Shown: piece by piece, positions 11,992 to 24,771 of the stretch
Layout of the letters: each line of letters opens with the position of its first letter
Numbering within the stretch: position 1 is the first letter of the stretch
Assembly (NCBI GenBank): GCA_964016885.1
Contig: OZ024748.1
Location: forward strand, 53,382,001 to 53,446,000
Direction: 5' to 3'
DNA: 64,000 nt
DNA from: Eledone cirrhosa
Lineage: Eukaryota
The notes under the pieces: model-generated
Told to the model about the DNA's origin: nothing
What the model saw: only the letters and a program-made list of their open reading frames with translations
Databases searched by the model: none
Translations under genes and position numbers: made by a program

Positions 11992-12149
11992 CAAAAGAAT
12001 ATCTATTTTATTAATACTTATATTTTAATATTAATAACTCCAGAAAAATTTTTTTTACCGTTGAGTGCTTCCAATCTACTGTAAAACTCATTCTTTGACA
12101 TAATCATTGAAAATTGTTTAACAATTTAATATATATATATATATATATA

Positions 12150-13274
12150 TAAATCAGTACATAGAATAATATACAAATGTCAGGGAAGTGAATAGTGTAT
12201 GAGTCATGATATACATGTGTGTATGTGTATGGAGGGGGAACATTATATGTAGTGTTGGCGAATCTCGGGAAGCATGGAGGCCTTAAAGGATGCAGTGACT
12301 CGACAGCTAACAACTGATGCAGGCAGTTGGTTCCATGCTTCAGCAGCTCTGAGCGTGAAAAAATGTTTCCGAAAGTCGTGGGAACTGTACTGTTTTCTGA
12401 CTTTGTGGGCATGCCCACGTGTGTTAGACACATGGAAATCAAAAAGGTACTCAGGGTTGTTGTTGGCAAGATGGTTAACAATTTTGTGGGTGTTTACCAA
12501 GTCAGTTGCCAGGCATCAGAGCTTCAATGTATCCATGCCCAGGGAAGCAAGGCGCTCAGAGTATGGTAGATGCCTGATGGAGGGTATTCGCTTGGTTGCA
12601 TGTCTCTGAACAGTTTCCAGGCGGTCAATGTTCTGAGCAAGATAGGGGTTCCAAACTGGTGATGCAAATTCTAAGTGTGGCCACACCATAGCCATGTACA
12701 GCCTTAAATAGATATCTGGAGAGCGGCTGACAAAGATCTTGCTGAGTGATGCTAAGACACCCTCGGCCTTCTTGACAATTTTAGAGACGTGCTTCGTCCA
12801 ACGCAAATCGCTGCTGACCGTAATGCTCAGGTCACGTTCATAAGAAGACTTCTTGATACTAGTGCTGTGGAGGGAGTATGTGGATGCTGGGTTTTTACTC
12901 CCAAAATGCATGGTGGTGCACTTGTCCACAGCTAGTTTGAGTTGTCAGTCTGAGATCCATTGTTGCATTGTGTCCAGGTCAGACTGCAAGCAAGATCTAT
13001 AGTGCTCAGGATCTGTCCTTTTTATCTCAAGGTACAGCTTGATGTCATCTGCGTACTTTAGTACTGTGGCATTCTTTAAGTTGGCATCTATGTCACTAAT
13101 ATATGCCACAAACAAAAGGGAGCTAAGAACAGATCCCTGTGGTACACCAGATGACATCTCATATGGTGAGGAATGCTGTCCCACAACCATGACTACCTCT
13201 CTTCGACTGAGAATGAAGGACTTCAACCAGTTAAAAAGATCATCCTTCACACCCATTGCAGAGAGTTTTGCCAT
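12150..13274 (-). mobile_element. 5'-truncated CR1/L2-group LINE, reverse transcriptase C-terminal part with in-frame stops
   Basis: ORFs 12945-13358, 12516-12929 and 12243-12500 share one frame: GVPQGSVLSSLLF, YADD, LYMAMVWPHLEFASPVWNP, TRGHAHK, RKHFFTLRAAEAWNQLP; flanked by (TA)n. Confidence 0.93.
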
Positions 13275-13291
13275 ATATATATACACACGCA

Positions 13292-13359
<68 letters not shown>

Positions 13360-13759
13360 TATTATGTATTATATATATACACATTATACATATATAAATA
13401 TATGATATAGATCATGATGTAAGTATATGAATTATGTATGTATGCGCACACATGTATATATCATCATATATATTATACACATACAGACAGATATATACAC
13501 CCACTCTCAATAAATATTTAAAATATGTTAAATAAAAAACAAATCGAAATAAAAAATATATCTTATTTATTTATTTATGTTTTTTTATTCTTGCCTTATT
13601 GTCTTTTCATTTTATTTTATGCTCCATATTCTTTTCTGCATATTTTTGCTAATCCCATTCACTCCCCATCTATCTATCTATCTATCTATCTCTATCTATC
13701 TATCTCCTTCTCTCTATTTTCAAACTCTCTTTTCTTCTCTCTCTGTCTCTCTATCAATC

Positions 13760-14430
<671 letters not shown>

Positions 14431-14443
14431 CAGGAAGAAGTAC

Positions 14444-14502
14444 GAAGAGTCTTGTCTTGATGGAATTGGTGAAATGCCAATAGTCGACTCTGACTGGAGC
14501 TT
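14444..14502 (-). CDS. Speculative small exon ([20 protein letters not shown])
   Basis: Complex island within microsatellites; minus acceptor TTTTTTTTAAAAAG, weak donor GTACTT; phase-compatible with neighbouring candidate exons. A plus-strand exon 14434-14573 (TGCAG...GTAAGT) is an alternative reading. Confidence 0.22.
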
Positions 14503-14871
14503 CTTTTTAAAAAAAAGCACAACAACAATAATAATAATAATAATAATAATGGCAATAATAATAATAAAAAACAGTAAGTAAAAGGACGAGAAAAAATGGT
14601 GAAAAAAATGTAAAGCAAAGCAAAGATCTATCATTGGTTTTAATCAAATAAATACACATAACAATATCTTTTAATCAGGCAAGACGGTACATAGCTGAGA
14701 TCTGATCAAGATGAAAGGGGTAGGTTGGTGGGTGGTTTGGGGAAGTATGGTTAAATGGAAAGATATATGAAATATTGCAACAACTGTGACAGCCAACAAC
14801 AACAACAACAACAACAACCTATATTAATGATAGCAATGACAAGAAAGGAGGACGGCATTCCTTATTTAGAA

Positions 14872-14914
<43 letters not shown>

Positions 14915-15355
14915 TAGGGCAGTGGATTGGCAGTATTAGTGGAGCCGGCTGCCATGCTTTGACGCATAGAGTTACGGCCCTTGCCATTCTGAGTTCAAAT
15001 CCTGCCGAGATTAACTTTGCCTTTCATCCTTACGGGGTTGATAAAATAAAGTACCAGTAATGCACTGGGATAATTGCTGGCCGTGTGCCAATAGTAGAAA
15101 CAATTATTATTATTATTATATTCGGGAAGTGGATTGGCAGTATCAGTAGAGTGTCGGACAACCTGCTTCGCAGCATAGAGTTGCGTTTTTTTACGTTCTG
15201 AGTTCAAATCCTGCCAAAGTTAACTTTGCTTTTCATCCTTATGGGGTCGATAAATTAACAAAGCACCAGTAATGTACTGGAGTCAGTTTATTCGACTTTC
15301 CCCTCCCCACAAATTATTGACCTTGTGCCTATACTAGAAATCATTATTATTATTA
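14915..15355 (+). mobile_element. Two tandem SINE family B copies
   Basis: GTGGATTGGCAGTAT head, GAGTTCAAATCC box B, central TTGCCTTTCATCCTTACGGGGTCGATAAAATAAAGTACCAGT block (resembles, from memory, the MetaSINE conserved domain), GTGCC..AGAAA(ATT)n tail. Confidence 0.9.
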
Positions 15356-15394
15356 TCATACTGGAGCAATGAATTGGTAATATTGGTAGAGATG

Positions 15395-15834
15395 AGAGAA
15401 CTCTGGCTGGATACAGCCGGTTTGAACAGAGAGTGGTGAGAGAATTCTGGCCGGATACGGCCGGTTTAAACAGAGAGTGGTGAGAGAATTCTGGCTGGAT
15501 ACAGCCGGTTTGAACAGAGAGTGGTGAGAGAATTCTGGCTGGATACAGCCGGTTTGAACAGAGTGGTGAGAGAATTCTGGCTGGATACAGCCGGTTTGAA
15601 CAGAGAGTGGTGAGAGAATTCTGGCTGGATACAGCCGGTTTGAACAGAGAGTGGTGAGAGAATTCTGGCTGGATACAGCCGGTTTGAACAGAGAGTGGTG
15701 AGAGAATTCTGGCTGGATACAGCCGGTTTAAACAGAAAGTGGTGATAGAATTCTGGTCGGATATGACTGGTTTGAACAGAAAGAGGTGAGAGAATTCTGG
15801 CCAGATACGGCCGCTTTAAATGCTAAAAGGTTAA
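15395..15834. repeat. 44-bp minisatellite derived from the end of a piggyBac-type MITE
   Basis: Unit AGAATTCTGGCTGGATACAGCCGGTTTGAACAGAGAGTGGTGAG about 10 times, ending in TAAATGCTAAAAGGTTAA, the MITE terminus seen at 23113-23326. Confidence 0.92.
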
Positions 15835-16567
15835 GTAAATTTATTCCACATGCCACCCTATAAATGAAACTGAAGGGTCAGTCTGTCTCATGGTCCCAGA
15901 AGACAGAATGGAGAAGACAAAATTGTCTTTCATTTTGTAACAAAGTACCAGAACAGGAACGTTGCTGTTAAGTGGATTGTGATATTACTGCAATATACAT
16001 TGTCGTCTTTCGTGTGTCATTTTATTTATTGTCATTTATAATTAACCCTTTAGAATTTACATTACTCTATATTTACTACTGTATTTTCATGGTAAAGGCT
16101 TTATGTTACATAATTATCTCACATAATATTGAATCTATGAGATTTTGATATTATTTATTTTGAGAACAATACCTTAACATAAGTATGAGTTACTAACTCA
16201 TATATAATGATTGGAGAACAGCGAGAGTGTGTCAAGTTTGTTATTTTACATCACGTTATTAAAATAAGTTGAGTTATTTTCAATAAACCATGAATGAATA
16301 TCTACTAAATTTCTTAGCTCTTGATTAAACATCAATAATCTTATATATAATGTGTTGGTTATTTCAATATTTACTTCTGTTAAAACTTTCAAATGTCAGC
16401 TTCCGTTAGTGTTCATATCATAACATCTTACCATAATGCTGTTTATATATAATATTTTCATCGTTATTTATATCATAGCAACACAGTCTTTGTTCAATTT
16501 ATGTGCATATTGTCAATTTACTTTTTCAATTTATGTATCATATCTATATGAATATATATTTGCATAT

Positions 16568-16757
16568 AATTGTTGCTACTTTTGGCACTAGGCCAGCAAT
16601 TATTCCAGTGTATTACTGGTACTTTATTTTATCGACCCTGTAAGGATGAAAGGCAAAGTTAACCTCGGCGGAATTTGAACTCAGACTATAAAGGGCCGTA
16701 ACTCTTTGCTGCAAAGTATGGCGTCCGACCCTCTACTGACACTGCCAATCCACCACC
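16568..16757 (-). mobile_element. SINE family B
   Basis: ACTGGTACTTTATTTTATCGACCCTGTAAGGATGAAAGGCAAAGTTAACCTC...ACTGCCAATCCACC, the reverse complement of the family B body. Confidence 0.9.
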
Positions 16758-17623
16758 CTATATTTGCATATAATATCAATATGCACACTACATATGCTGG
16801 TGAAAACCGTCCAGAGGGTGATTCTTCTGTTAATTTTGAAAATAGTCAAGAATTTGGAAGAATTTAATAATATAACTAACTTTCTCATTATTTGTTTAAA
16901 TAATAACTTAACAAAGGTCCACACACAAAATTATGGTGGAAGATTTTAGATAAATATAAACACTTTAAAATAAACAGTTTTGTATAATAGAACCGGAAGT
17001 GGTTTCAGGCAGTTTGGTATCAAAATGGTTCAACAGTTCTAATACTTGATCCAAGAAACATGGATTCACATCTATTAGGGAACAGATGTATAAATAATGA
17101 AAGTATTTTTTAAAAATATTAAATAATAAACAGGAAAAGAGAGAAAAAAGAGAAAGAAGGCAGGTAAAAAGAAATGTTTTTAAAATATGGAGAGTGAAAA
17201 CATTACCCACTTGGCTGCATGTTACATCTCAGCTAGGTTCTGCAGACAAGATGGTTTTCATCTTGAATAAGAGACAGCAATCATGTGACGTCCTCCATGT
17301 TCTGCAACCAGCTGACAGTAGTAGGATTAGGGTGCATGACGCCAATACTCTCAGGTGGGCAGAGATCCAGGCCCTCTCTCAGTAGGTGTTCAGCAGTCTG
17401 CTTAGGTGAGCCACACAGGTAAGCTGTTGATGGATGCACCCACCACCCAACCCCCAAGCAGTGCATGGCTGCATTAAATCAGCTGACACCAATGCATAGC
17501 TGGTTCAGAAGCACTTACTTCCTTTGAGAGAGGTTTGCACCTGAGGAAAGGACTGTGTTGGGATTGACATTCAGTTGGGTGGGACAACATGTCTGTTAGT
17601 GAAAAGAAAGCATTCCTGTAGAC

Positions 17624-17787
17624 CAAGCATAGGCAATCTTTTATGAGCAGTGGACCACATAGCATATGGCTCATCATTAGCCTGGCCAAACTACAAAAAC
17701 ATTGAAGACAATTTTGAAACTAGGCATGCTATTCAGAAGGCTAAATTAGCCACATGTGGCTCACAGGCCAAAATTTGCCTATAATTG
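17624..17787. mobile_element. Degenerate hAT (Charlie-like) MITE
   Basis: TIRs CAAGCATAGGCAA ... TTGCCTATAATTG with subterminal GGACCACA / TGTGGCTCACAGGCC motifs; the TSD is degenerate (5/8). Confidence 0.55.
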
Positions 17788-18909
17788 GTGCAGCCAATAG
17801 ACAACAACTCTGCTCCATTAGCCATTCACCCTCATGAAGATCATGGGTTTCCTTCTTCAGGTGAGATGCCATTGATCCCAATTTTGAAGAGGAAAATGGT
17901 GGTCCAAGTATCAAGGCCACTCGATGTCACAATGGCAAGGGGCACAAAAAAAAAAGGGAACAGTAAGTCAAATAGTGTTTAACAATCTTCTGCTCCTTGG
18001 CATTATAGGTGAGGCAATAAACTGATCTGAAGGTTAAAATAAATTAACTGGGTTATTTAAAATAAAAAGATAATCTTTAATTTTTTTTCAATCATTTCAC
18101 TTTTATTTTCAAGGCTTCATAAACTGTCTTGAATTCCTGGAATATACAGTATTCCATTAAGTTATATATATGTATATATATATATTTATATAAATGAAAG
18201 GTATAGAAAATATTGTAGCAAAAAGCCAACAGTATTCCATAATATATATATTTATATATACACACACACACACACACATGGCCCTTAGCATAAACAAAGT
18301 GTTCATTAATTTTGCTTATATTCTTATGATCTGTGTGCAAGTATGTGTGTGCAAGTATGTGTGTATATATATATATATATATACACAACTGTATGTGTGT
18401 ATAATATCATCATCACTGTTGAACAACTAAATGATAATGATATACATACTTATTTATATACATATACACATGCATACACACATATGTAGATAGATATATA
18501 TATACATACAAATATACATACACATGTATGTATATTTAAAAAGTATATTCTATATCTACTTGTGATTGTTGTCCCTAGTGAGTTTTAGAATTCTGGAAAG
18601 CTTTCAAACCTTAATTAATTGAACTCCGATTATTTTAAAAGCATTCATCATCAGGATTAACCATTCTCTTGTCTTATATTAACTTACTATACGGGGAGAG
18701 GGTGGAGGGAAGGACGAGAGGGTGGAGGGAAGGGCGAGAGGGGGGGAGGGGGAGAGGAAGGGGAAAAAGGAAAAAAAATTTTGAAATAAATTTAAGGCAT
18801 GAAAATAAAAAAGAAGAAAATATTTATTGGATGAAAAAAAATTTCTTATTTTTTTTCAATCAACAAGAAAAAAAAATAGAAAATGGTAGTATTAGAATTA
18901 TTAAGTTGA

Positions 18910-20382
18910 CATTGATGTTGGTGATGTTGGTGATGATGGTGATGTTGGTGATGGTGGTGATGATGGCAGTGTTGATGATGGTCATGGAGATGTTGGTGAT
19001 GATGGTGATGGTGATGGCGTTGTTGATGGTGTTGGTGATGGGGGTGATGGTTATGGTGGTGATGATGATGATGGTGATGGTGATGGTAATGGTGGCGTTG
19101 TTAATGGTGATGATGGCGGTGTTGATGAATGTGATGATAGTGATGATGGTGGCCATGTTGATGATGGTGATGGGGATGTTGTTGGTGATGATAGTGATGA
19201 TGATGGTGATCGGGATGATAGCAGTGTTGATGATGGTGATGGCGATGTTGGTAGTGATGATGGCGGTGTTGATGATGGTGGTGGTGGCAGTCATCATGGT
19301 GTTGTTGATGATGATGATGATATTGATGTTGATGATGGTGGTGATGATTACACTGATGGCAAATATGATGATAATGGCAGTGATAATGATGATGATGATG
19401 ATGACTATGATGTTGACCTTGATGTAGATAGGGGTGGTTTTGATGTAGATGATGTTGATTATGAAGATGATGATGATGATTATGATGTTGATGATGATTA
19501 TGATGGTGATGATATATCACCACCACCACCATCACCATACCGCCATCACTATACCACCACCACCACTGCCATACCACCACTATATCACAGCCATACCACC
19601 ACTATATCACCGCCATACCACCACTATATCACCGCCATACCACCACTATATCACCACCATACCACCACCATCACCATCATACCACCATCACTATACCACC
19701 ACCACCACTGCCATACCACCACTATATCAGCACCATACCACCACCACCATACCATCACCACCATATCACCACCATACCACCACCAGCACCACCATACCAC
19801 CATCACTATACCACTGCCCTACCACCACTATATTACCATACCACCATCACTATACCACTACCACCCCCATACCACCACTATACCACCACCATACCACAAC
19901 TATATCACCACCATACCACCACCAGCACCACCACCACCGCCATACCACCATCAGCACCACCATACCACCATCACTATACCACCACCATCACTATACCACC
20001 ACTACCACCACTGCCATACCACCACTATATCACCACCATACCACCACCATATCACCACCATACCACCACCGCCGCCATACCACCACCAGCACCACCATAC
20101 CACCATCAGCACCACCATACCACCATCACTATACCACCACCACCACTGTCATACCACCACTATATCACCACCACCACCACCATACCACTGTCATACCACC
20201 ATCACTATACCACCACCACTATACCACCACCACTATACCAGCACCACCAGCACCACCACACCACCACACCACCACCATACCACTGTCATACCCCCATCAC
20301 TATACCACCACCACATTACCAGCACCACCATACCACCACCACCACCATACCACCATACCACACCACCACCACCACCACCAGT
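18910..20382. repeat. (GAT/GGT)n array switching abruptly at about 19515 to a (CAC/CAT)-based array
   Basis: Directly visible strand switch of a trinucleotide-derived repeat. Confidence 0.95.
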
Positions 20383-20519
20383 AATGAGTATAGAACCAGG
20401 TAGTTAGCTAAGTAAGTATATAAGCCAAAATCTGTAGGAGAGAGATAATAAGTTCCAATGAGACATTGACTTTTTATTCAGGAAATCTGCCATCGAACCA
20501 GAAAGAATTAACTAGCACG

Positions 20520-20629
20520 CGTCTAATGTTGTATATATTTTAACCTATATATATGTGTGTGTGTGTGTCTGTCAATGTGTGTGTGTATATGTCTCTCTCT
20601 GTCTATGTATGTGTCTGTCTATGTATGTC

Positions 20630-20660
<31 letters not shown>

Positions 20661-21131
20661 CTATGTATGTGTGGGTATATGAAACATATCTAGCATGCAT
20701 CTAATGTATATATTTTAACCTATATATATATGTATATGTGTGTGTGTGTGTCTGTCTGTCAATGTGTGTCTGTCTGTCAATGTGTGTGTGTATATGTCTC
20801 TCTCTGTCTATGTATGTGTCTGTCTATGTATGTCTGTGTGTCTGTGTGTGTGTGTATGTGTATGTCTATGTATGTGTGGGTATATGAAACATATCTAGCA
20901 TGCATCTAATGTATATATTTTAACCTATATATATATGTATATGTGTGTGTGTGTGTTTGTATGTCTGTCTGTCTGTGTCTATGTATGTGTGTATGTATAC
21001 GTGTCTGTTTATGTATGTGTGTGTGTGTATGTCTGTCTGTGTCTATCTATGTATGTCTGTGTGTGTGTATATGTGTGTGTCTGTCTATGTATGTGTGGGT
21101 ATATGAAACATATGTAGCATGCATCTAATGT

Positions 21132-21168
<37 letters not shown>

Positions 21169-21177
21169 GTGTGTGTG

Positions 21178-21222
<45 letters not shown>

Positions 21223-21650
21223 GTGTGTGTGTGTGTATATATATGTGTGTGTGTGTGTCTATGTATATGTCAGTCTATATCTATGTATGTGCATGTCTGT
21301 GTCTCAAATGTGTATATATGTATGTGTATATATAGATGTATATGTACCGTGTATGCAATGTTGCATATATTTTCACCTCTATGTATATATATATGTTTGT
21401 TTGTATGTGTGTGTATATATAGACTAATGTCTAGCACATATCTAATGTTGTATATATTTCAACCTATCTGTATATATATGAGTATGTGTTGATATGTGTA
21501 GACATATCTGTGTGTATATAGATGCATATGTACCATGCATCTAATGTTGTATATATTTTAACCTATATGTATATATGTATGTTTATATAGACGCATATGT
21601 ATCAGGCATGCAATGTAGTATATATTTTAACCTATTTGTATATTTGCATG
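20520..21650. repeat. Tandem about 200-bp units of TG-rich sequence punctuated by GCATGCATCTAATGTATATATTTTAACCTATA
   Basis: The anchor motif recurs near 20690, 20895 and 21115, and in degenerate form near 21435, 21535 and 21605. Confidence 0.85.
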
Positions 21651-21655
21651 TATAT

Positions 21656-22049
21656 CATCATCATCATCATCACCATTTTACGTCCATTCTTCCACGCTAG
21701 CATGGGTTAGACGGGTTGTCCTGTTGTGGGCAGTGCCCAGTCGGCTGACCTTGTCTTGCTCATACGGGAACTCATTCTGGCTTGATTTCTACAGTTGGAT
21801 GCCCTTCCTAACACCAACCTCATTTACAGTGAGTGCTGGGTGCTTTTTTGCCGTGGCGCCTCCACGACCACTTTGCAGTGGAATGATAGGGACCCCAGTC
21901 CCTATCATCTCATTTCTACAGCTGAGTAAACTGGAGCAATGTGAAATAAAGTGTCTTGCTCAAGGAAACAACACATCACCCGGTCTGAGAATTGAACTCA
22001 ACCTTTCGATTGCAAGGCCAATGCTCTAACCACTAAGCCATGCGCCTTC
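21656..22049 (-). mobile_element. SINE family A, full length, long-tail variant
   Basis: Same body as the other copies; the tail includes GAGCAAGACAAGGTCAGCCGAC...CTAACCCATGCTAGCGTGGA as in the 3522-3900 copy. Confidence 0.92.
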
Positions 22050-22094
22050 ATATATATATAAATATATATATATGTTTTGCAAGGTTTTTGATAT

Positions 22095-22469
22095 GAAATC
22101 ATGTGTTGGAACAAATATTGTTATATTTGGGGAGGGTCATATTATAATATTGCCAGAAATAATAATAAAACACACTCACTAAAAATAAAAATGGTGTAGA
22201 CATTACAATACACTGGGAGGAAACATAATAGTGCCACTGATGATGCCACAGGTGTGAGATGAAAGAACTTTGATAGATTATATATATGTATTTATATCTA
22301 TATTTTTAATCGTTGGTCAATCAATGATAAACATTGACTGCCACTAAATTAACTATAAAGTTATAAAATATACAGAAGTGAAAACCAATCCAAACCAAAC
22401 AGTGAGTTGGTTTTATTATTATTTCTGGCAATATTATAACAATATGACCCTCCCCAAATATAACAATAT
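22095..22469 (+). mobile_element. Penelope-like remnant with terminal inverted repeat and a decayed hammerhead
   Basis: 22095-22170 is inverted at 22411-22469; shares ATATTGTTATA.TT.GGGAGGGTCAT and GAAAGAACTTTGA with the Penelope element at 49770-50480; CTGATGA...GAAA at 22238-22274 has a damaged stem II. Confidence 0.65.
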
Positions 22470-22777
22470 ATATAAAACCACTATTTGCCATCTATTTTCT
22501 GTGAAAGGTTTTCTTAAGAGGAAGAGAAGGTAACCACCGCTAAATGAAGTACTCAATACAGTAGCAAAGATGGTACAGATTTATTTCATATAGAAATGAC
22601 TTCTACAGAAGTAATGTTCTATTTTAATCATTACTTGGATGATAAGAAGAAATTAATTTGTGATATTTATGGCATCCATGCCCTTCCATAGATTACTAAC
22701 TAGCTTGTTCTATATTATTATTGATATTAAGTTCTAACGAGTTATTTACTCTTTATCTTCTCTCTATATAAGATGTA

Positions 22778-23108
22778 GTGAAGGTGTGTGACTGAGTGGT
22801 TAGAGAATAGGATTCACAATTGTGAGGTTGTGAGTTCGATTCCTGGACAGGGCAATGCGTTATGTCCTTGAGCAAGATACTTTATTTCACGTTGCTCCTT
22901 CTACCTGGAATTATGACCAGTAGATAGTATTAGCAATTGGAAAGACCAACGGAAACATTGTTTCTTCAATCCGATTTGACGAAAGTCGATTGGCTGTCGA
23001 TATAAGATGTCTTTTCACTGTAGCAGAGTAAGACATGGTCACCTGACCCGATTTGCCTCAAACAGGACAAGCCATCTCACCCATACTAGCGTGGAAAATA
23101 GACATTAA
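22778..23108 (+). mobile_element. SINE family A-related subfamily (A2), tail interrupted by a MITE
   Basis: Box B GAGTTCGATTCC, CCTTGAGCAAGATAC block, RTE-like tail ...GTGGAAAATAGACATTAA that resumes as ATGATGATG after 23326. Confidence 0.85.
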
Positions 23109-23112
23109 CCCT

Positions 23113-23326
23113 TTAACCCTTTAGCATTTACATTACTCTACATTTACTATTGTATTTTTGTGGTAAATGTTTTGTCTTACATAATTATCTCTATGAGATT
23201 TTGATGTTATTTATTTTGAGAACAATACCTTAACGTCAGTATGAGTGGCCACTTACGGCTGGTTTGAACAGAAAGAGATAAGAGAATTCTGACCAAATAT
23301 GTCCGGTTTAAATGTTAAAGGGTTAA
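23113..23326. mobile_element. piggyBac-type MITE with TTAA target site duplication
   Basis: TTAA|CCCTTTAGCATTTA ... TAAATGTTAAAGGG|TTAA; related partial copies near 16042-16190, 25055-25712, 37449-37645 and 39160-39350. Confidence 0.88.
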
Positions 23327-23939
23327 ATGATGATGATGATCTCTTTGTTTAGGGAATATTTAGTGCCTTAACATTGAGGGGTTATTGGTTGGCAAATCGA
23401 TCTACAGAAGAAATTCTCTTTCTACACCGGTATACTATTTACATATATGTATTTTAAAATATATAATCAAAACTCATATGGATCGATTTATTAAAATTGT
23501 TATTTAATTATTTTTGTGGTATTTACAATACTAAGTTTGGAGAAGGTTCATCTATCAAATCTTGTTGGAATATTTTAATTTATTCAGGAAACACTTTTTA
23601 AAATGTTTGGTTTACTTTGATAGAAACAGAGGCGGTTTCAGGCAGATTGGTATCAAAAGGGTTAAAGTAAATATGTGGCTTAGTAGGTCAATTTGAAAAC
23701 ATGCAGTAAGTCCTCCGACGGGCTAAAAGTCTTAGGAAAGGCTAAAAAGTCGTGTTCGTACCACTCATGTATAAAAAGCTCAAGAGATGTCAGTTCTTAA
23801 GACCATAATGCAGCCATTATATGTATGTTGTATGGGAGTACTACTGCCCTGCTACATCTAACATTACATCTAACAAGGTAGTCAAACATTGTTTTTGAGT
23901 ATTTTACAAGACACAAACAAAATGAAACTTACATGAAAT

Positions 23940-23962
23940 ATGTATGTAAATATATATAAGTG

Positions 23963-24010
<48 letters not shown>

Positions 24011-24129
24011 TAGATATATATATATAGCCATATATGTAGAGAGAGAGATAGATATAAACACACGCACATATTATATATATATATACATACACATATTTGC
24101 ATTAACAATTTATATATATATATATGTAG

Positions 24130-24164
<35 letters not shown>

Positions 24165-24210
24165 TATATATGTATATATACATATATATATATGTATATA
24201 TATATATATG

Positions 24211-24288
<78 letters not shown>

Positions 24289-24599
24289 CATATATATATA
24301 TACATATATATATGTATATATACATATATATATATACATATATATATGTATATATACATATATATATATATGTATATATACATATATATATATATGTATA
24401 TATACATATATATATATATGTATATATACATATATATATATATGTATATATACATATATATATATATTTGTATATATACATATATATATGTATATATATA
24501 TATGTATACATATATATATATGTATGTATATATATATGTGTGTGTATATATGTATCTATGTATATATATGTATCTATGTATATACATATGTATATATGT

Positions 24600-24645
<46 letters not shown>

Positions 24646-24771
24646 GTGTGTGTATATATGTATCTATGTATATATATGTATCTATGTATATATATATATA
24701 TATATATGTATATATTTATATATATATATATAGTTAGATAGATAGATATATGTGTGTGTGTGTGTGTGTGT
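23940..24771. repeat. (TA)n-based compound microsatellite
   Basis: Directly visible; source of the Tyr/Ile ORFs. Confidence 0.97.

Larger units (their letters stand above)
10993..12031. mobile_element. Penelope-like element remnant: about 380-bp inverted repeat arms (10993-11370 and 11647-12031), each with a hammerhead ribozyme
   Basis: Arms are near-perfect reverse complements around a 276-bp spacer; the left arm abuts (TA)n. Inverted pseudo-LTRs with minimal hammerheads are an established PLE hallmark. Confidence 0.8.

Noticed and set aside
15929-16015. Minus-strand short peptide ending in a hydrophobic stretch (NITIHLTATFLFWYFVTK*)
   Set aside because: Weak acceptor, very short, no homology; compatible with chance.
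16423-16470. CATCTTACC resembling miR-8 5p
   Set aside because: No complementary UAAUACUG arm follows and no hairpin forms.
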